DNA of 64,000 bases from Anaerolineae bacterium. GTDB lineage: Bacteria > Chloroflexota > Anaerolineae > B4-G1 > DUEL01. Position numbers and translations under genes: made by a program. Below the pieces are notes generated by a model that did no database searches, was not told where the DNA came from, and saw nothing but the letters and a program-made list of their open reading frames with translations. The stretch covers positions 42,623 through 106,622 of the forward strand of contig JANXCY010000002.1 in assembly GCA_025060135.1 (NCBI GenBank), in the 5' to 3' direction. Below are positions 55,793 to 64,000 of the stretch, in pieces (the first letter of the stretch is position 1; every line of letters starts with the position of its first letter).

Positions 55793-57304
55793 TCATTCGC
55801 GTGCCTGTTGCAAGTAAGCCGGGACGATGTCTCGGCTGAAGACCTCCTCCTGCCGCTCCCGGCGGCGGATGAGTTCGGCCCGATCTCCGGTCACCAGCAC
55901 TGCTGCCGGTCGGGGGAGGGCGTTGAAATTGCTCATAGAGACTTCCTGGTAGGCTCCGGTATCCAGAATGGCCAGGATGTCTCCCACCTGGACCTCCGGG
56001 ACGCGCACGATGGGCAGTAACCGGTCGCCGTAGCAACTGCGGCCCACGATGTCGGCCTTGCCGACCAGGGGGGCATCCGCCTTGTTGGCAAACAGGTAGT
56101 GGTGGAGGTGGTGTTCGTATCGCCCGCCCGTGAACCAGAACTCCGTGGTGTCCACCACAATGATGGTCCACCGGATGGGAGAGGTGATGTGTTTGATGTT
56201 GCGGACGGTAGTCAGATGAATTCCGGCGTTGCCGTGGATGGCCCGTCCGGGCTCCACCTGGAGCATCAGCCCTTCGGTGCGGATTCCGTGGCGCGGTAGT
56301 TCCTGCCGCAGAGTACGGGTACAGATTTCCGCGTATTCCTCAATGGACGGCGCCGGGGTCGGATTCGGCTCGCTGAGCAGTGTGTCAATCAGTCGGGCCA
56401 GGACCGCATACCGGAGGTCATCTCCCAGGGGTTTCAGGGCCCGGGAGATGGCGTGGAGTGTGGCGAACTCCACCGGCGCGGTGTAGTCCGTGGCTGCATT
56501 GAAGGGGTCGCGCGGGACTGCGAAGCCCCCACCAATGTCAATTTCCTGCGGCTGGAATCCTCCCAGGGCCTGGCAGACCTCTCCGAGGTCGCGGGCGAAG
56601 GCTTTCATCTGCTCCTCCCAGTAACGGAGGGAGCGGTGATGCCGCCCGTGGTGCTGGTGGAAACCCACCAGTTTCACCCGTTCCATATTCAGGATCCGTT
56701 GTCCCAGCGCGATCACCTGGTCTTTGGTCAGGCCGCCTTTGTAGACCATCGCCGCCAGGTCGGTCGGCACCAGCCCCTCCGGGACAAAGTCCGAGTGGCG
56801 CACGAATCCGGAGATGGCGGGCTTGAGGCGCAACCGCACCTTGACGGTGCGGTCCAGTTCCTCGGCGGCCCGCGCGATGACGTCCAGTTCTTCCATGCTG
56901 TCAATGGTGATCCGGACCCCGGCCTGTACGCACCGGTAGATGTGGTCCTCGTCTTTGGGGACGCCGTTGACTGAGATGAATTCGGGGTTGAACTCGGCCC
57001 GCAGGGCGATTTCCAGTTCTCCTGGCGAGTAGATGTCGCAACCGCAATCCTCGTCGGCCAGGATGTACTGAATAGCGGTGATCCAATTGGCCTTCGCCGC
57101 CGGGAGGATTTTGACCGGGCCATCCGGCCAGCCGGCCTCAAACGCCCGCTGGAACCGGCGTACGTTGCGCCGAATCTGGTCTTCCGAGAACACAAACAGC
57201 GGCGATCCGAACCGCTGGACCAGTTCAACAGTATCACATGCTTCTATGAAGAGATGTCCATCCCGGATGGAAAGGCAGTCATCCAGACGGGTATATGAGC
57301 CCAT
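55793..57304 (-). CDS. PLP-dependent fold-III decarboxylase (Orn/DAP/Arg decarboxylase family)
   Basis: GSPLFVFSED... N-terminal TIM-barrel PLP-binding region and C-terminal beta-sandwich typical of LysA/SpeA-type enzymes. Substrate not assignable. Confidence 0.65.
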   Translation of the reverse strand: MGSYTRLDDCLSIRDGHLFIEACDTVELVQRFGSPLFVFSEDQIRRNVRRFQRAFEAGWPDGPVKILPAAKANWITAIQYILADEDCGCDIYSPGELEIALRAEFNPEFISVNGVPKDEDHIYRCVQAGVRITIDSMEELDVIARAAEELDRTVKVRLRLKPAISGFVRHSDFVPEGLVPTDLAAMVYKGGLTKDQVIALGQRILNMERVKLVGFHQHHGRHHRSLRYWEEQMKAFARDLGEVCQALGGFQPQEIDIGGGFAVPRDPFNAATDYTAPVEFATLHAISRALKPLGDDLRYAVLARLIDTLLSEPNPTPAPSIEEYAEICTRTLRQELPRHGIRTEGLMLQVEPGRAIHGNAGIHLTTVRNIKHITSPIRWTIIVVDTTEFWFTGGRYEHHLHHYLFANKADAPLVGKADIVGRSCYGDRLLPIVRVPEVQVGDILAILDTGAYQEVSMSNFNALPRPAAVLVTGDRAELIRRRERQEEVFSRDIVPAYLQQARE

Positions 57305-57512
57305 GGTCTCTTCTCTCCCGGTGTGGGGAAAGATCGCGCTTGTCCTCTGGGAGAATCATATCCCGATATGGCGGATTGTCAAGAACCGGTACTGAAACCG
57401 ATGATTCACACCCCCGTCGTCCCATCTCTCCCTTTGGTCCAGCGATGTTGTTGTGACCCCGCGTAGACGTAATCCGTATAGAGCAGGTCCCAGCCTCTGG
57501 GGGCATTTATCT

Positions 57513-58562
57513 TCATTCCTCCAGGTGGGCCAGGATCTCTGCCACCGGAGGGCGATCAGTGGGGCTCTGGCCCACGTAGGACCAGCGGATGCTCCCGTTC
57601 TTCAGCACGAAGACCGCCGGAGCCGCCAATCCATCCCCCAGAAGGTTGTATACCCCGTACATCTCAGCGACCCGGTGGTCCGGGTCGGCCAGGATCGGGA
57701 AGGGCGCACCAACGGATGTCCGGACTCCTTCCACCGCCTCCAGCGATGCTACTGCCAGCGCGACCACTTCTGCGCCCCGAGCCTGGAATGCTCCATAGTG
57801 ATCTCGCAACTCCACGAGTTGCGTTCGGTCTGGCCCTCAGCCGCACCGCTGGAAAAAGACCAGGACGACCGGCCCTCGGGCCAACCGCTCAGAGAGGGTC
57901 AGCGTGCCCCCTCCGGCCTGCTCCAGTGTGAAGTCCGGGGCCTGGGCCCAGGCCAGCGTGGGGGTAGCCGCCGGGGTGGGGAACCGGAACGAGCCCTCCA
58001 TCTGTTCCCGGTAAATGACCACCCGGACCCGAGACCGTTCCTGAGACAGCCACTCCTGAATGGATGTCCCCTGGGCTTCCAACGCGACCTGGGCTTGCTG
58101 GACTCTCAGGAGCCGGGCAACGGCCCGCTCCAGAGCATCCCGGCCCAATCCGACTTGGGCCAGCGCGGCGGTTATCTGTTCCTCGGAGGCGCCCCATTGC
58201 TGCTTCAGGGCCGCGATCTGCGCCTCTACCGCTTCCCGGGCCGGCTCCGGTTGGGGCGCCGCGCGCAGGACCAACACTTCGTTCACCAGTCGGTCCAGCG
58301 TCTCCTCTGGCCCAGGGGCCGGGACACCTGCCAGTTGGCTCATCGCCCAATCCAGTCGCACTGCCTCCGCCCAGAAGTTCCGCCCAATCGGCTGGTCCTC
58401 CACCACGGCCACCGGTGGGTCAGCGGGAGTGGAGGTGAACACCGGGGGCGGGGAAGCCACTGGCGTCTCCTGACTGAGCACTCCGATGACCAGCCCCACC
58501 AGCAGGAGCGCGATGACCCCCGTGGCCAGTATCCATCGCCAGCGAACACCAGGCGCTTTCAT
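57513..58562 (-). CDS. membrane-anchored thioredoxin-fold redoxin (AhpC/TSA-Bcp/TlpA-like) with N-terminal SurA-N-like domain; one in-frame TGA beside the active-site Cys (candidate selenoprotein)
   Basis: Track ORFs 57837..58562 and 57513..57815 share one frame; junction reads VVLVFFQRCG-[TGA]-GPDRTQLVELRD. Palindrome cgcaactccacgagttgcg (57805-57823) lies 13 nt 3' of the TGA on the mRNA. C-terminal part aligns with Bcp (LRD...G.EVV.L). Confidence 0.6.
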
Positions 58563-58716
58563 CTATCCGTTCTCCTAGAGAGGATTCAGGTTCCCTTTGC
58601 TCAAAATCTCCGAAGTTCTCCCCTATATGCCGGGTATTTTCAAGCATATCATGCTCAACCCGGAAAGTCAACCGTGTTCTGATTGTGGAACATCCGCTCT
58701 GACTAGGGAGCGGTCA

Positions 58717-58745
58717 TTGACAAAAGTGCTCAAGCATGCTACAAT
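58717..58745 (+). promoter_or_regulatory. sigma70-type promoter (TTGACA-17-TACAAT) for cysE, overlapped by an AGCATGCT palindrome
   Basis: ttgaca aaagtgctcaagcatgc tacaat; 109-nt leader to ATG 58855. Confidence 0.55.
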
Positions 58746-58854
58746 CCGCCCCACGATACGGCTCCCCTACCCGAGGCCGATTAGGCAGCAAACGTGGCAA
58801 TGGTGGACCCGCGCCTGTATGATGATCCCTGAGCGTTGAAAGCGAAAGGAGCCT

Positions 58855-59613
58855 ATGTCCGATTCTTGGATACCAGCGAGCATCCGTCGCGTGGCAGAAC
58901 GACTCCGGGAAGATGTCCGGGCTGCGCTGGAGAACGACCCGGCGGCCCGGTCGGTCTGGGAGGTCGTCCTCTGTTATCCGGGAGTCCACGCGCTGTGGCT
59001 CCACCGTGTGGCCCACTTTCTTTGGAAGAAGCGCCGATACCTGCTGGCCCGGTTGGTCTCCCACCTGAACCGGGCGCTGACGGGGGTGGAGATTCACCCC
59101 GGCGCGCGCATCGGGCGCCGGGTCTTCATTGACCACGGGATGGGCGTTGTGATCGGGGAGACGGCGGAGGTCGGGGACGACGTCATCCTCTACCAGGGGG
59201 TGGTGCTGGGCGGGACCAGCCGTCAGAAGACGAAGCGACACCCCACGGTCTGCAACGGGGTGGTCATCGGCGCAGGGGCTATCCTGCTGGGGCCCATTAC
59301 CGTTGGGGAGCACGCCCGCGTGGGGGCGGGGTCGGTAGTGGTCCGGTCGGTGCCGGCCCACGCCACAGTGGTGGGGGTGCCCGCGCATGTGGCCCGGCTG
59401 GGCAACGGGGCCCGTCCGGAGACCGCGCTGGAGCACAACCGTATCAACGATCCGCTGGCGGGCGCGCTGGAGGAACTGAGCCACCGGTATCTGGAACTGG
59501 AGGAGCGCATCGCCCGGCTGGAGCGACGACTGCTGGGTGAGGGAGTATGTGCGGAAGACCCCATGTTCTCCCTGGTGCGGGAGCCCGAGGATCAGGGAGG
59601 GTACCGGCGATAA
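58855..59613 (+). CDS. cysE: serine O-acetyltransferase
   Basis: SATase N-domain plus hexapeptide repeats ([28 protein letters not shown]). Confidence 0.85.
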   Translation: MSDSWIPASIRRVAERLREDVRAALENDPAARSVWEVVLCYPGVHALWLHRVAHFLWKKRRYLLARLVSHLNRALTGVEIHPGARIGRRVFIDHGMGVVIGETAEVGDDVILYQGVVLGGTSRQKTKRHPTVCNGVVIGAGAILLGPITVGEHARVGAGSVVVRSVPAHATVVGVPAHVARLGNGARPETALEHNRINDPLAGALEELSHRYLELEERIARLERRLLGEGVCAEDPMFSLVREPEDQGGYRR

Positions 59614-59657
59614 CGGCGGTGGCTGTGGGTGGCGACCGGGGAGGTTCCATGGGGGAG

Positions 59658-61028
59658 TTATTCCCCTAATATCCGCCGGGCGCGCGCGATCTGTTCCTGG
59701 AGAGCTGCCAGAGCCGTTCCCCCTTCCGAGGAGCGGGCCTCCACGGACCGGCGGTGGTCAAAGACATCGTACAGGTCAGGGCCGAAGGCAGAGGAGATGG
59801 CCTGGAATTCTGACAGAGGGAGCGCGCGCAACGGGATGCCCAACTCTTCGGCCCGTCGGACGGCCCGCCCCACCAGGTGATGGCTCTGCCGGAAGGGGAC
59901 GCCTCGCCGGACCAGGTAGTCTGCCAGGTCTGTGGCCAGCATCCCATCATCCAGCGCCCGGACCATCCGCTCCGGGTGTATATGCAGCGTCCGGATCACA
60001 CCTGCAGCCACTGGCAGGGCCAGGTGGAGCGTGTCTATCGCATCAAAGAGCGGTTCTTTATCTTCCTGCAGGTCTTTATTGTACCCCGTCGGAAGTCCCT
60101 TTAGCGTGGTCAGCAGGCCGGTCAGGGAACCGATCAGCCGCCCCGCCTTTCCCCGCAACAGTTCCAGCGAATCCGGGTTGCGTTTCTGAGGCATCAGACT
60201 GGAGCCTGTTGCATAGGTCTCATCCAGTTCCACAAACCCGAATTCTGCCGATGACCAAAGGATGAGGTCTTCTGCCAGCCGGCTTAGGTGCACCTCCAGG
60301 AGGGCCGCCCAGAAGAGAAACTCGGCGACGAAATCCCGGTCGGAAATGGCGTCTATGCTGTTCTCGGCGATGGCCCGGAATCCCAGTTCGTCTGCCAGGT
60401 ATCGGCGGTCAATGCCCAGGGAATGGCCCGCCAGAGCACCGGAGCCCAGGGGAAGCACCGCGATCCGCCGTTCTATCTCCTGGAGCCGCTCCTGATCCCG
60501 CGCGAAGGCCCAGAAGAAACTCATCAGCCAGTGGCTGAAGCGGACCGGCTGCGCGTGCTGGAGATGGGTGTAGCCCGGCATAATGACTTCCAGGTGCTCC
60601 TCGGCCCGGTCCACGATCGCTCTCTGGAGGTCCTGCAGGCGGCGGCGCAGGACAGGGATTTCCTCCAGAAGATATAGCCGCAGGTCGGTAACGACCTGGT
60701 CGTTTCGGCTCCGGCCGGTGTGCAGTTTATCGGCCACGGAGCCCACCCGCTCCCGGAGCCGTCGTTCCACCGCTGTGTGAATGTCCTCATCGGAGGGGAG
60801 GAAAACGAACTCGCCCGCTGCTAGTTCCCGGGCCACTTCCTCCAGCCCTTGAATGAGCGTGTCGCGCTCTCCAGCAGAGATCAGACCGGCCCGTTCCAGG
60901 GCGCGGGCATAGGCGATACTCCCCCGGATGTCCGCTGCCCACATTCGCTGGTCAAACTGGATGGAGGCGTTAAAGGCCTCCATCTGGCGGTCCGTTTCCC
61001 GGGCGAATCGGCCTCCCCAGAGTTTCAT
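59658..61028 (-). CDS. argH: argininosuccinate lyase
   Basis: MKLWGGRF... N-terminus and fumarate-lyase signature GSSLMPQKRNPD. Confidence 0.9.
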   Translation of the reverse strand: MKLWGGRFARETDRQMEAFNASIQFDQRMWAADIRGSIAYARALERAGLISAGERDTLIQGLEEVARELAAGEFVFLPSDEDIHTAVERRLRERVGSVADKLHTGRSRNDQVVTDLRLYLLEEIPVLRRRLQDLQRAIVDRAEEHLEVIMPGYTHLQHAQPVRFSHWLMSFFWAFARDQERLQEIERRIAVLPLGSGALAGHSLGIDRRYLADELGFRAIAENSIDAISDRDFVAEFLFWAALLEVHLSRLAEDLILWSSAEFGFVELDETYATGSSLMPQKRNPDSLELLRGKAGRLIGSLTGLLTTLKGLPTGYNKDLQEDKEPLFDAIDTLHLALPVAAGVIRTLHIHPERMVRALDDGMLATDLADYLVRRGVPFRQSHHLVGRAVRRAEELGIPLRALPLSEFQAISSAFGPDLYDVFDHRRSVEARSSEGGTALAALQEQIARARRILGE

Positions 61029-61113
61029 CTGGTTCCCCGTGGGGTAAAAGGATACAGAACACGGGTTTCATTGCGGCGAGATAGTCGCCGTAATGAAACC
61101 GTTCTCCTCCCCC

Positions 61114-62340
61114 TCAGTCCCGCTGGATGTCGGATACGGGCACTACGGGCACTCCCTGCGCTACCAGGGCCCGGATTTTCAGCGGCAGGCCGAAGAGGTT
61201 GATGAAGCCCTGCGCGTCGGCCTGGCAGTACACTTCGTCCTTGCTGAACGTGGCGTAGTCCTCCCGGTAGAGGCTATACGGGGACCGGCGTCCAACAGCA
61301 GTGCAGTTGCCTTTAAACAATTTCACCCGCACCGTACCGGTAACGGTCTCCTGGGTCTTGCGGACGAAAGCGTCCAGCGCCTCCCGCAGGGGGGTGTACC
61401 AGAGGCCGTAATAGACCAGTTCCGCGTACCGCAGGGCGACCAGGTCCTTGAAGTGGAGCGTCTCCCGGTCCAGGCAGATGGTCTCCAGGGCCCGGTGGGC
61501 GGTGTAGAGAATGGTCCCACCGGGGGTCTCGTAGACGCCGCGCGATTTCATCCCCACCAGCCGGTTCTCCACCATATCGGTCCGACCAACGCCGTGTCGA
61601 CCGCCTAGATCGTTCAGCCGGACCATCAGGTCTACTGGCCCCATCCGTTCTCCATCGATGCCAACGGGAATCCCCTGCTCAAAATCTATCTCCACGTATT
61701 GGGGCTGGTCCGGCGCGGCTTCTGGGGCAACGGTCAACTGGTACATCTCCTCGTCCGGCTCATACCAGGGGTCTTCCAGGGGGCCGCCTTCGTGGCTCAG
61801 ATGCCAGAGGTTACCATCGCGGCTGTAGATGGTGCGGGAGGTGGCGGAGACGGGAATCCCGTGCGCGGCGGCGAATTCCAGCAGGTCTTCCCGGGAGCGC
61901 AGGTTCCACTCCCGCCAGGGTGCGATGACCTTCAGTTGAGGGGCCAGGGCTTTGTAGGTCAATTCAAACCGGACCTGGTCGTTCCCCTTGCCGGTGCAGC
62001 CGTGGGCGACGGCGTCGGCGCCTTCCTGCAGGGCAACCTGAACCTGGTATTTGGCGATGAGGGGGCGGGCGAAAGAGGTGCCCAGCAGATACTGTTGCTC
62101 ATACATCGCCCCGGCCATCATTGTCGGGAAGGCGTATTCCATCAGGAACTCCTCCCGCAGGTCCGCCACGTAGGCCTTGCTGGCGCCGGTGGCCAGCGCC
62201 TTCTGCTGGATGGCCTTCAAATCGTCTCCCTGGCCCAGGTCGGCCGTGAAGGTGATCACCTCGCAGTGGTAGTGCTCTTTCAGCCAGGCCAAGATAACCG
62301 AGGTATCCAGCCCTCCGGAGTAGGCCAGTACCACTTTCAT
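61114..62340 (-). CDS. argG: argininosuccinate synthase
   Basis: AYSGGLDTS and [13 protein letters not shown] motifs. Confidence 0.9.
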   Translation of the reverse strand: MKVVLAYSGGLDTSVILAWLKEHYHCEVITFTADLGQGDDLKAIQQKALATGASKAYVADLREEFLMEYAFPTMMAGAMYEQQYLLGTSFARPLIAKYQVQVALQEGADAVAHGCTGKGNDQVRFELTYKALAPQLKVIAPWREWNLRSREDLLEFAAAHGIPVSATSRTIYSRDGNLWHLSHEGGPLEDPWYEPDEEMYQLTVAPEAAPDQPQYVEIDFEQGIPVGIDGERMGPVDLMVRLNDLGGRHGVGRTDMVENRLVGMKSRGVYETPGGTILYTAHRALETICLDRETLHFKDLVALRYAELVYYGLWYTPLREALDAFVRKTQETVTGTVRVKLFKGNCTAVGRRSPYSLYREDYATFSKDEVYCQADAQGFINLFGLPLKIRALVAQGVPVVPVSDIQRD

Positions 62341-62421
62341 AACAACCTCCTGATAATAGGGATTTGTACCAACCGCGCTCCGCTACCCTGACCACGAACC
62401 GGTCATTGGCTCATTCTGTAT

Positions 62422-63465
62422 TTACGACTGGGCTATTTCTTGAATCACCGCCTCCAGCACCCGGATGGCCCGTTGGAACTCTTTCAGGTCCAGGTGCTCC
62501 TCCGGGGTGTGGTCCAGGCGGGAATCGCCTGGCCCATAGGCGACGATGGGGCAACGCCAGGCGGGCCCGACGGTGTTCATATCCGAGGTGCCCAGTTTTA
62601 CCTTAAAGGTCGGGTTTCCTCCCAGGCGCCGGATGGCCTGGAGGAATGCGCGCACCAGGAGGGTGTTCTTCTCCGCCTTGTACGGGACGTCTTCCCCGCT
62701 GAAGCCGACGGCGGCGTCTCCGGCCCAGGAGCGAATCCGGTCTTTGATCTCGGGGATGCTCATCCCGAGGGGAAGACGCAGGGTGATGTCCATCACCACT
62801 TCTTCCTCAAAGCCGCCGTTATAGGTGGTGATTTTGTGGAGGGTGGGGTCCAGCGTGTGAAAGCGGAATCGTTCGCCCCGGTTGAGTTCCCCGGCGAATT
62901 CCGTCAGGCGGTTCCAGAACCGGACGGCCTGTTCAGCGGCAGAGGGACCTTCAGCGGTGGAGTGACGGACCGGCGCGGCCAGCCGGTAGAGGACCCGGAG
63001 GCGGCCTTTATAGCCCAGCGTGATGTGCTCCCAGCCGCTGGGTTCGCCAATGATGACGGCGCGGGGGGAGAAATGGCCCAGCAGGTGGCGGGCCCCCCGG
63101 GAGGAAGATTCTTCCTCTACGGCTCCCACCACCGCAATCCGCCAACCCGGGATCGGCCCCACTCTGGCGGCGGCCAGGATGCACGCCGCCAGCGGTCCTT
63201 TCGCATCCACCGCGCCTCGCCCGTAGAGGCGACCGTCCTGAATCCGGACCGGGATGAACCCTTCCACGGTGTCCATGTGGCTCAGGAGCATCAATTCCCG
63301 CTCTCCTTCGCCCATGATCCCCACCGCATTCCCGGCCCCGTCCAGGTACGCGCGGAAGCCCATCTCCCGCATCCGGGCCACCAGGTAGGCCGCGATCTCC
63401 CCTTCGCGGCCCGACGGGCTGTAGATTTCCAGCATCTCCCGCAGGAAAGTAACCTCATCCGTCAT
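62422..63465 (-). CDS. M20-family deacylase (acetylornithine deacetylase ArgE / [LysW]-ornithine-lysine hydrolase LysK type)
   Basis: SHMDTV, GAVDAKG metal-binding motifs of M20 ArgE/LysK; 347 aa; located in the arg cluster. Confidence 0.75.
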   Translation of the reverse strand: MTDEVTFLREMLEIYSPSGREGEIAAYLVARMREMGFRAYLDGAGNAVGIMGEGERELMLLSHMDTVEGFIPVRIQDGRLYGRGAVDAKGPLAACILAAARVGPIPGWRIAVVGAVEEESSSRGARHLLGHFSPRAVIIGEPSGWEHITLGYKGRLRVLYRLAAPVRHSTAEGPSAAEQAVRFWNRLTEFAGELNRGERFRFHTLDPTLHKITTYNGGFEEEVVMDITLRLPLGMSIPEIKDRIRSWAGDAAVGFSGEDVPYKAEKNTLLVRAFLQAIRRLGGNPTFKVKLGTSDMNTVGPAWRCPIVAYGPGDSRLDHTPEEHLDLKEFQRAIRVLEAVIQEIAQS

Positions 63466-64000
63466 CCCCGTCCTCCGATAGAGATGTTTCGGCCAGCGCT
63501 TCCTCCAGTTTCTGAACGACCCACTCCAGTTCCTCCTGGGCGATCACCAGTGGAGGAAGGAACCGGAGCACAATGGGGCCGGCGGTCAGAGCCAGGACGC
63601 CCCGTTGGAGGAGGGCCCGGAGATACGGTCGGGCCTTCCGCCGGAGTTCCACGCCCGCCATCAGCCCCAGCCCCCGCACTTCTCGGATCAGGGGGGAGCG
63701 GACCTCTCGCAGGCGGGACAGGAAGAACGCGCCCAGTTCAGCGGCCCGTTCCGGGAGTTTCTGTTCCCGGAGGGTGCGGAGGGTTGCCAGCGCCGCCGCG
63801 CAGGCCAGCGGATTCCCACCGAAGGTGGAGCCATGAGCAGCGGGGGGTAACTTTCCCACGCGAGGGCCCAAAAGGACGGCACCCATCGGGACTCCGCCCG
63901 CGATCCCCTTTGCCAGGCAGACCATATCGGGCTCCAGGCCGTGGTGGTCGCAGGCCAGCATCCGGCCGGTCCGGCCCAGGCCGGTCTGAATTTCGTCCAC
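63455..64000 (-). CDS. argD: class-III aminotransferase (acetylornithine/LysW-aminoadipate-semialdehyde aminotransferase ArgD/LysJ), C-terminal part; N-terminus beyond window
   Basis: LACDHHGLEPDMVCLAKGIAGG (PLP-lysine region) and C-terminal domain. ORF runs to the window end. Confidence 0.8.
   Translation of the reverse strand: MDEIQTGLGRTGRMLACDHHGLEPDMVCLAKGIAGGVPMGAVLLGPRVGKLPPAAHGSTFGGNPLACAAALATLRTLREQKLPERAAELGAFFLSRLREVRSPLIREVRGLGLMAGVELRRKARPYLRALLQRGVLALTAGPIVLRFLPPLVIAQEELEWVVQKLEEALAETSLSEDGDDG

Noticed and set aside
57513-58562. Calling a 241-aa SurA-like protein and a separate 100-aa truncated peroxiredoxin
   Set aside because: One continuous frame across a single TGA inside the redoxin active-site region. 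The 100-aa piece would lack the catalytic N-terminal half and begin with GTG.

Overview
This is a 64 kb window of a high-GC (about 65%) bacterial chromosome. The gene content (mevalonate pathway, LysW-type arginine enzymes, PT-rich linkers) suggests a Chloroflexota-like organism, but that is inference only. Coding is dense on both strands and most genes are housekeeping or transport: two sugar ABC uptake operons, a truncated family-5 ABC binding protein at the 5' edge, a Ni/Co ECF transporter operon (Fur-family regulator, CbiM-PDGLE fusion, CbiQ, CbiO) interrupted by a ZnuA-like His-rich binding protein, a three-gene membrane-protein block, TrmI, a ThiS-like carrier, an AcsE-like methyl-THF:corrinoid methyltransferase, a GT2 glycosyltransferase, tRNA-Met(CAU), Sua5, a 928-aa membrane-anchored GH3 hydrolase, ScpB, a CPA2 antiporter with a PII-like partner, an exonuclease, a PflX-like radical SAM protein, acylphosphatase, mevalonate-diphosphate decarboxylase, a secreted esterase, a CPBP-protease/NUDIX fusion, a TGS-uridine-kinase fusion, 2-oxoacid:ferredoxin oxidoreductase (alpha plus a beta-gamma fusion), a divergent tyrosine recombinase, a GlcF-like Fe-S protein, archaeal-type phosphoglycerate mutase, TatA/TatB followed by a membrane-bound group-1 [NiFe]-hydrogenase operon (small, large, protease, HybA-like Fe-S, cytochrome b), a two-component cluster split by a low-GC methyltransferase islet, MobA, a fold-III PLP decarboxylase, CysE, and ArgH/ArgG/ArgE(LysK)/ArgD(LysJ, truncated at the 3' edge). 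The most interesting signals are candidate selenocysteine recoding in two genes, the ZnuA-like insertion in the ECF operon, the CPBP-NUDIX fusion and the low-GC methyltransferase islet. The hydrogenase large subunit has two in-frame TGA codons exactly at the two cysteines of its N-terminal RxCGxC nickel-site motif. A redoxin-family protein has one in-frame TGA next to a cysteine, with a hairpin 13 nt downstream. Several consensus sigma70-type promoters, a few hairpins and repeat structures, and a purine-rich 700-bp non-coding stretch with a weak cobalamin-riboswitch-like segment are also visible. No canonical CRISPR array, rRNA or intact IS element was seen.
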